Assembly (NCBI GenBank): GCA_963734545.1
Contig: CAVTHO010000007.1
Coordinates: 96,001-160,000 of the forward strand
Direction: 5' to 3'
DNA from: an uncultured Spirochaetota bacterium
Lineage (GTDB): Bacteria > Spirochaetota > Spirochaetia > SZUA-6 > Fen-1364
DNA length: 64,000 nucleotides
The translations under genes and the position numbers were made by a program. The notes below the pieces were generated by a model. That model saw only the letters and a list, made by a program, of their open reading frames with translations, was not told the DNA's origin and did not search any database. Each line of letters starts with the position of its first letter. Within the stretch, counting starts at the first letter, position 1. Positions 58,898-64,000 of this stretch are shown here, piece by piece.

Positions 58898-59131
58898 GCA
58901 CGGATGCCGAGCGGCGCCGAGTACATGGATGCGTAGGGCGGCAGGCGGCTGCGTAGCAGACGCCGAGAGCCTACGGAAGGCGCCGCGTAGACAGGATGTC
59001 GAGGTCGAGCGAGTACAGGGATGTGCGGAAGGAGGCCGTAGACTCCGCGGTATTCCGCGGAGTTGGATGCCGAGCGGCGCCGAGTACACGAGGTCGGAAG
59101 GCGCCGCTAGACACGGATGTCGAGCGGCCGA
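58897..59131. repeat. Composite (BIME-like) intergenic mosaic of short hairpins
   Basis: Repeated CA(N)GGATG hairpins; GTAG-ACTCCGCGG-TATT-CCGCGGAGT; a 41-bp block shared with 62249-62289. Confidence 0.75.
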
Positions 59132-59246
59132 TCTGAAGCTTGATTTCGCCGGCGGGCCGGGGTAGTATCGCCCCAGCACGCGAGAGCAATTAATCCGCGA
59201 AACTGCACGGAGGACCGTGCAAGGTACCGCGGCGGGAGGGATTGCA

Positions 59247-59456
59247 GTGTCGAAAACCTACGTGGAAACCTCGACCGAGCTGCTCGAGGGGCTGGACGAA
59301 ATGGTCCGGGAAGGCTACTACGCCAATCGGACCGAGGGGATCAATGATGCGATCCGCCTCCTGCTGAAGCAGTACAAGCTGTCCAAGCTCCATGCAAAAG
59401 ACTCCACCCTGCTGGGCAAATCGGCTGTCGCGGGCGGGGAGAAACGAACGGAGTGA
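59247..59456 (+). CDS. Ribbon-helix-helix (CopG/NikR-like) small regulator
   Basis: ELLEGLDEMVREGYYANRTEGINDAIRLLL; GGGAGG RBS. Confidence 0.78.
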   Translation: MSKTYVETSTELLEGLDEMVREGYYANRTEGINDAIRLLLKQYKLSKLHAKDSTLLGKSAVAGGEKRTE

Positions 59457-60313
59457 TCGGACAGATCGTCGCGGGCATCGACGGATCGCTCAACTCCCTG
59501 ACGGCGTTCCAGTACGCGCTTGACCTGGCGCGCCGGGTCAAGGCGGAAGTCAAAGTCGTATTCGTGGTGGATGCCCGCAAGACCGATCTCCCCATTATCT
59601 ATACGGCCAGCCATTTCGACTACGGATTCGAGCGCGTTTACATTCCCCCCGAGCCCGGCCTGAAGGGCTTCTACGACCGGGTCAGACAGGACATCAAGGC
59701 ATTCGGCGATAATTGCCTCTCGCTCTGCAAGAAGGACGCGGAGGCGGGCCAGGTCCACGTGACCCCCGTGCTGCGGGAAGGGCTTCCGTCGGGGATTCTC
59801 ACGGAAGAAGCCCGGTCCGGCGACCTTCTGGTCATCGGCCAGAAGGGGGAGAATGCCCATATCGAAAGGGCGATCGTGGGCTCCACAACGGAGGACGTGG
59901 TGCGCTCCACCCCGCGGCCGGTCCTCGTCTGCCCGGCCAGGTTTCAGAGTCCCACGCGCGTGCTCTTTGCCTACGACGGCAGCCCCGTCGCGGAAGGGGC
60001 GCTGCAGTTCTTCGTCAACGCGTTCGGCAGCATCTGGGAAGAGATGGCGGTGCTCACCGTCACGGAAAAGATGGAAGAGAGCTTTCCCTTCGACACGGAG
60101 CTGAGCTACCTGGGCACGCACGGTATTCCGTACCGGCTGCTGATGGAGGCGGGCAAGCCTGTTGATACGATTCCCCGCGTGGCCAAACGGGAAAGCTCCG
60201 AGCTCATCCTTATCGGCGCGCACGGCCGGCACAAGATACGCGACTACCTGCTGGGCTCCACGGCTTCCCACCTGATCCGCCGCAGCGAGCTGCCGGTCCT
60301 CGTGGCATTCTGA
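59453..60313 (+). CDS. Tandem universal stress protein
   Basis: IVAGIDGS, GSTTEDVVR, FAYDGS, IGAHG, LLGSTA. Confidence 0.9.
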   Translation: MIGQIVAGIDGSLNSLTAFQYALDLARRVKAEVKVVFVVDARKTDLPIIYTASHFDYGFERVYIPPEPGLKGFYDRVRQDIKAFGDNCLSLCKKDAEAGQVHVTPVLREGLPSGILTEEARSGDLLVIGQKGENAHIERAIVGSTTEDVVRSTPRPVLVCPARFQSPTRVLFAYDGSPVAEGALQFFVNAFGSIWEEMAVLTVTEKMEESFPFDTELSYLGTHGIPYRLLMEAGKPVDTIPRVAKRESSELILIGAHGRHKIRDYLLGSTASHLIRRSELPVLVAF

Positions 60314-60330
60314 GAGCGGGGCTTGCCGCC

Positions 60331-60987
60331 GTGCCGGCCGCCAATGAGCAGAACGCCGCGGCCGAGCGGATGGTGAAGCTGCAGCTCGAAAAAAGGGACA
60401 TCAGGGACGCACGTGTGCTGGACGCGATGCGCAGGGTGCCGCGGCATCTCTTCGTCCCTCCCGGAAGCCGGTCGCTCGCCTACGAGGACCACCCCATACC
60501 GATCGGACAAGGCCAGACCATATCCCAGCCGTACATGGTGGCATTCATGACTCAGGCGCTGGAGCTCCGCGGCGGGGAGCGGGTGCTGGAGATCGGCACC
60601 GGAAGCGGCTACCAGACCGCCATCCTGGCGGAGATCTGTCGCGAGGTGTTCTCCATCGAGCGCATCCACGAGCTTGCCGCGGCGGCAGAGAGCGCGCTGA
60701 CGGCACTCGGGTACAGGAACATCAGGCTTCTCGTCGGCGACGGCAGCGAAGGCTGGCCCGCGCAAGCCCCGTTCGACGGCATCCTCGTTGCTGCCGCGGC
60801 CCCTTCCATTCCGCAGAAGCTCCGCGACCAGCTCGCGGACAACGGAGTCATGGTGATCCCCGTGGGAGACTGGCGGCGCACGCAGGAAATCCTTGTGGCA
60901 CGCAGGACAGGGGGCACGGTGACGGTCGAGCGGAGCATCGGGTGCCGTTTCGTGCCCCTGATCGGCGCGGGAGGGTTTCCCGAGTAG
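60331..60987 (+). CDS. pcm: Protein-L-isoaspartate O-methyltransferase
   Basis: VPRHLFVP, GQTISQPYMVA, VLEIGTGSGYQ, APFDGI, RFVPL. Confidence 0.95.
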   Translation: MPAANEQNAAAERMVKLQLEKRDIRDARVLDAMRRVPRHLFVPPGSRSLAYEDHPIPIGQGQTISQPYMVAFMTQALELRGGERVLEIGTGSGYQTAILAEICREVFSIERIHELAAAAESALTALGYRNIRLLVGDGSEGWPAQAPFDGILVAAAAPSIPQKLRDQLADNGVMVIPVGDWRRTQEILVARRTGGTVTVERSIGCRFVPLIGAGGFPE

Positions 60988-61064
60988 GAGAGAGCGCCTG
61001 TGTCGGCTCACCGCTCAGGTGGGGCGTTGACAAAGGGGGCGCTCCGGCGCCCAATACCTCAACC

Positions 61065-62117
61065 ATGGCATTACCAGTTTTCCGTCCGACCGTGAAGAGG
61101 AAGGACATGGGCAGCGTCCTGTCCTGCATCGTATCCGACAAGATCGGCCCCGGCGAAATATCCCGGGAGCTTGTTGCACGCGCGTGCCACCTGCTGGGAC
61201 ATGCCGGAGGTGTCACGCTCCGCAATTCCTACCTCGCCCTTTCTGTGGCGCTTGAAGCCCTTGGGCTGGGCCCGTCGGACCCGGTCATCCTGCCCGCCCT
61301 TTCTCCCTCCCTCTGGCTGCGCGTGCTCCTGGACAAGGGAATGGTGCCGCTCGTGGCCGATGTCGAGCTCGAATCCGGAACCATCGATCCTCAGCAAGTC
61401 GCTGCTCTGGCGCAGAAGGGGGCAAAGGCCATACTCGTGCCCCACACCCTCGGCATCATCGCCGACATCGAGAGTCTGCGGGCGCACGGGATTCCCCTGC
61501 TGGAAGATGCGTCGCAGGGACTGGGCGGCAGGATCGGGGAGCTTCCCTGCGGCGGCGCGGCGGACATCTGTCTCATCTCCCTGGACCCCGAGGACATCGT
61601 GACCTGCGGCGGCGGCGCGCTCGTCCTGGCCCGGCAGAAACCAGTGGCAGCGGCGCTGCGGAAGACGCAGGAGGGATCGCCGCTGCACTCTCCGCTCATG
61701 GACATGAACGCGGCCCTGGGAATATCGCAGCTCGCGGCGCTGGAGAGCTTTGTCGGCGCCCGTCGGGAAATCGCGCTTGTCTACGGTCAGTCGCTGCTGA
61801 GGTCGCGGCATGCGTCCCTGGTCCAGAAGACACAGAATTCGCCGGGTACGGCGATGCTCGACGCGGAGAGCGTCCTGTCGTCCTTTCCCGTCGCATTGGC
61901 GGACGGCATGAAGGAAGTGCGCCAGTACGCGCTCAAGAAGAACGTCGACACGGCGCCCGCCTTCGCGGACACCATTGCCGCCCTGGAGGAATCTCCGGCA
62001 GCCCACTGCGCCAACGCCCGGTCACTCGTGCTGCGCTGCCTGCTTTTCCCGCTGTACCCCATGCTGGGAAAGCGCGACGTGGAGGCGGTTTGCAAGGTCC
62101 TGGCCACCCTGCCGTAG
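61065..62117 (+). CDS. DegT/DnrJ/EryC1/StrS-like protein lacking the PLP lysine
   Basis: PVILPA, PHTLG, EDASQGLG, ISLDPEDIVTCGGG, AALGISQL, FPLYP. Confidence 0.8.
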   Translation: MALPVFRPTVKRKDMGSVLSCIVSDKIGPGEISRELVARACHLLGHAGGVTLRNSYLALSVALEALGLGPSDPVILPALSPSLWLRVLLDKGMVPLVADVELESGTIDPQQVAALAQKGAKAILVPHTLGIIADIESLRAHGIPLLEDASQGLGGRIGELPCGGAADICLISLDPEDIVTCGGGALVLARQKPVAAALRKTQEGSPLHSPLMDMNAALGISQLAALESFVGARREIALVYGQSLLRSRHASLVQKTQNSPGTAMLDAESVLSSFPVALADGMKEVRQYALKKNVDTAPAFADTIAALEESPAAHCANARSLVLRCLLFPLYPMLGKRDVEAVCKVLATLP

Positions 62118-62340
62118 GCAGGGATGCCGAGGGCGAGCGAGGTCAGGGATGGCCTTGAGCGAGCCCGTAGCCCTTCCGCGGTACTCCGCGGAGTTGGATG
62201 GCGAGGGCCGACGAGCACAGGGATGCGCAGCACGCCGAAGGCGTGGGGAGGGCGGCAGGCGGCTGCGGAGCAGACGCCGAGAGCCTGCGAAAGGAGGCCC
62301 GTAGCCCTTCCGCGGTACTCCGCGGAGTGGGATGTCTATC
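62117..62340. repeat. Composite (BIME-like) intergenic mosaic of short hairpins
   Basis: Two identical GCCCGTAGCCCTTCCGCGGTACTCCGCGGAGT copies (62163, 62297) plus CAGGGATG hairpins. Confidence 0.8.
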
Positions 62341-62434
62341 GCGCCAGATGACGCGCAACTCCGCCAGGAGCGGAAGGCGCGTCGGGCGCGATCAGGCTTG
62401 CCAACGCCACGCCCCGCAACTATAGTATGCGCAC

Positions 62435-63298
62435 ATGGCCGTCAAGCGGCGAGAAATCCGTAAGGTACTGACAGTCATCAACTCGCGTAAAGACGACGTG
62501 CAGAGCGTCGTGCGCTCCATAGAGGAGTTCGCGCGGGCGCGGAACATCGACACGGTGTCCCTGGATTTCGCCAACCACGCCAGCGCCAAGAACTTTGCGG
62601 ATGTGGATCTCGCCATCACCCTGGGGGGAGACGGTACGCTCCTTTCCTGCGCGCGCATGCTGGCCGAGCGTGACGTTCCCATCCTCGCGGTCAACATGGG
62701 AGACTTCGGCTTCATCACGGAGGTGTCGAAGAGCGAGCTGATCGACACCTGGGAGAAATTTCTGGACGGACGGCTGCGCGTGAGCGAGCGGCTGATGCTC
62801 TCCGTGGCCGTGTACAGGGACGGCGCGGAGGTCGCGGCGTTTGTCGGCCTCAATGAGGCGGTGATCGGCATCAAGGGAATCTCCCGCATGATCCGGCTGA
62901 AGGTCTACCTCTCGGATACCTACATGGGCCGCTACCGCGCGGACGGAGTCATCGTGGCCACGCCGACCGGCTCAACGGCGTATTCCATGGCCGCCGGCGG
63001 GCCGATCCTGCACCCGGAGATGGAAGCCTTCATCCTCACGCCCATCTGCCCCTTCACGCTCTCCAACAGGCCTACGGTCGTCCCCGCCACGGAAATCCTC
63101 CGCATCGAGGTGGAGGAGCCGCAGAAAGTGGAGACGGTGCTGACCATGGACGGCCAGGAGTCACTGCCCCTCCTGCCCCGGGACAGTCTCCTCGTCCGCC
63201 GGGCGCCGCACAAGGCACGCATCGTGCATACGGACAAGCGAACGTTCTACGAGGTCCTCCGGAGGAAGCTCAACTGGACGGGGGAGCCCAATGCTTGA
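62435..63298 (+). CDS. nadK: NAD kinase
   Basis: GGDGT, LNE, DGVIVATPTGSTAYSMAAGGP, PICP. Confidence 0.95.
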   Translation: MAVKRREIRKVLTVINSRKDDVQSVVRSIEEFARARNIDTVSLDFANHASAKNFADVDLAITLGGDGTLLSCARMLAERDVPILAVNMGDFGFITEVSKSELIDTWEKFLDGRLRVSERLMLSVAVYRDGAEVAAFVGLNEAVIGIKGISRMIRLKVYLSDTYMGRYRADGVIVATPTGSTAYSMAAGGPILHPEMEAFILTPICPFTLSNRPTVVPATEILRIEVEEPQKVETVLTMDGQESLPLLPRDSLLVRRAPHKARIVHTDKRTFYEVLRRKLNWTGEPNA

Positions 63299-64000
63299 AG
63301 AGCTGCACGTCCACAACTACGCCATCATCGACAAGCTGCAGGTGCGCTTCACCAATGGTCTGAACATCCTGAGCGGGGAAACAGGCGCGGGCAAGTCCAT
63401 CCTTGTCGGGGCGCTCGGTCTTCTGCTGGGGGACAAGACCGACACGTCCATCATCCGCTCAGGCGCGGAGGAGACCACCGTGTCCGGCATCGTGTCCGTG
63501 TCGGGGAACACGGAGGCGGCCCAATGGCTTGCCGCGCACGGCATCGAGGCGGAGGAGGGCGGCGTCATCCTGCGCCGGATGCTGAAGTCCAACGGCAGGG
63601 GTTCGCTCTTCATTCAGTCCACGCCGGTCACGCGCGCGGACCTTCACGAGTTCTCCACGCTTCTGTTCGACCTTCACGGCCAGCACGAGCACCAGTCGCT
63701 GCTGGACCTGGAAAACCACCGCAGGCTTGTGGACCGCTGGTCCGGCACCGAGCAGCTCGCGGAGCGCTTTCACGCGCTCTACGCGTCTCTGGCGTCACTG
63801 CGCGAGCGCCTTTCCAAGCTCGTGAGCGACGAGCGCGAGCGGCTGCGGCGGATCGACCTTCTCTCCTACGCGGTCACCGAGATCAAGGCACTTGACCCGA
63901 AGCCCGGTGAAGAGGAAGAGCTGGAGAAGGAGCTCGCCATCCTCGTCCATCACGAGAAGCTTTTCACGCTGCTGGAGGAGGTGCACTCCCAGACTGCGGA
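63291..64000 (+). CDS. recN: DNA repair protein RecN, partial (runs off the window edge)
   Basis: MLEELHVHNYAIID...GLNILSGETGAGKSILVGAL...DLHGQHEHQSLL. Confidence 0.95.
   Translation, partial: MLEELHVHNYAIIDKLQVRFTNGLNILSGETGAGKSILVGALGLLLGDKTDTSIIRSGAEETTVSGIVSVSGNTEAAQWLAAHGIEAEEGGVILRRMLKSNGRGSLFIQSTPVTRADLHEFSTLLFDLHGQHEHQSLLDLENHRRLVDRWSGTEQLAERFHALYASLASLRERLSKLVSDERERLRRIDLLSYAVTEIKALDPKPGEEEELEKELAILVHHEKLFTLLEEVHSQTA

Noticed and set aside
1078-62006. Long antisense or alternate-frame ORFs (e.g. 1078..2733-, 34452..36230+, 49335..51569-)
   Set aside because: Shadow ORFs expected in high-GC DNA; they overlap well-supported genes and lack motifs.

Overview
A high-GC bacterial chromosomal segment. 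A Spirochaetia origin is inferred from the degenerate DegT-nadK-recN gene order and the lipoprotein style. No rRNA, tRNA, CRISPR array, transposase or phage genes were seen. In order, the window holds: a partial GAF signalling protein; a siaABCD c-di-GMP operon; prpBCD plus a J-domain gene; two lipoproteins that both end in IGLE; a triple-REC diguanylate cyclase and an HD protein; AraC and vWA genes; a hybrid histidine kinase; a GH78 rhamnosidase, sugar ABC transporter and YesMN-like locus; TetR with a flavoprotein and a clear operator; a zinc peptidase/ATP-grasp pair; an S41 protease; a liv ABC transporter; uxaC, ldh and an aldo-keto reductase; an Ehr (hydrogenase-4-like, no Ni ligands) operon led by an HTH-PTS IIA gene; EamA; an MTA/SAH nucleosidase; RHH, USP and pcm; and DegT-nadK-recN. 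About ten genes carry frameshifts, mostly +1, that look like assembly artefacts. The best leads are (1) a possible type V pilus-like, donor-strand lipoprotein pair outside Bacteroidota, (2) a covarying REP-like hairpin family that sits in frame inside many coding sequences and nests into itself, (3) a structured sRNA candidate displaying an anti-Shine-Dalgarno loop, and (4) a SiaD with a Cys-rich domain inserted in its stalk. All calls were made by eye, without database searches.
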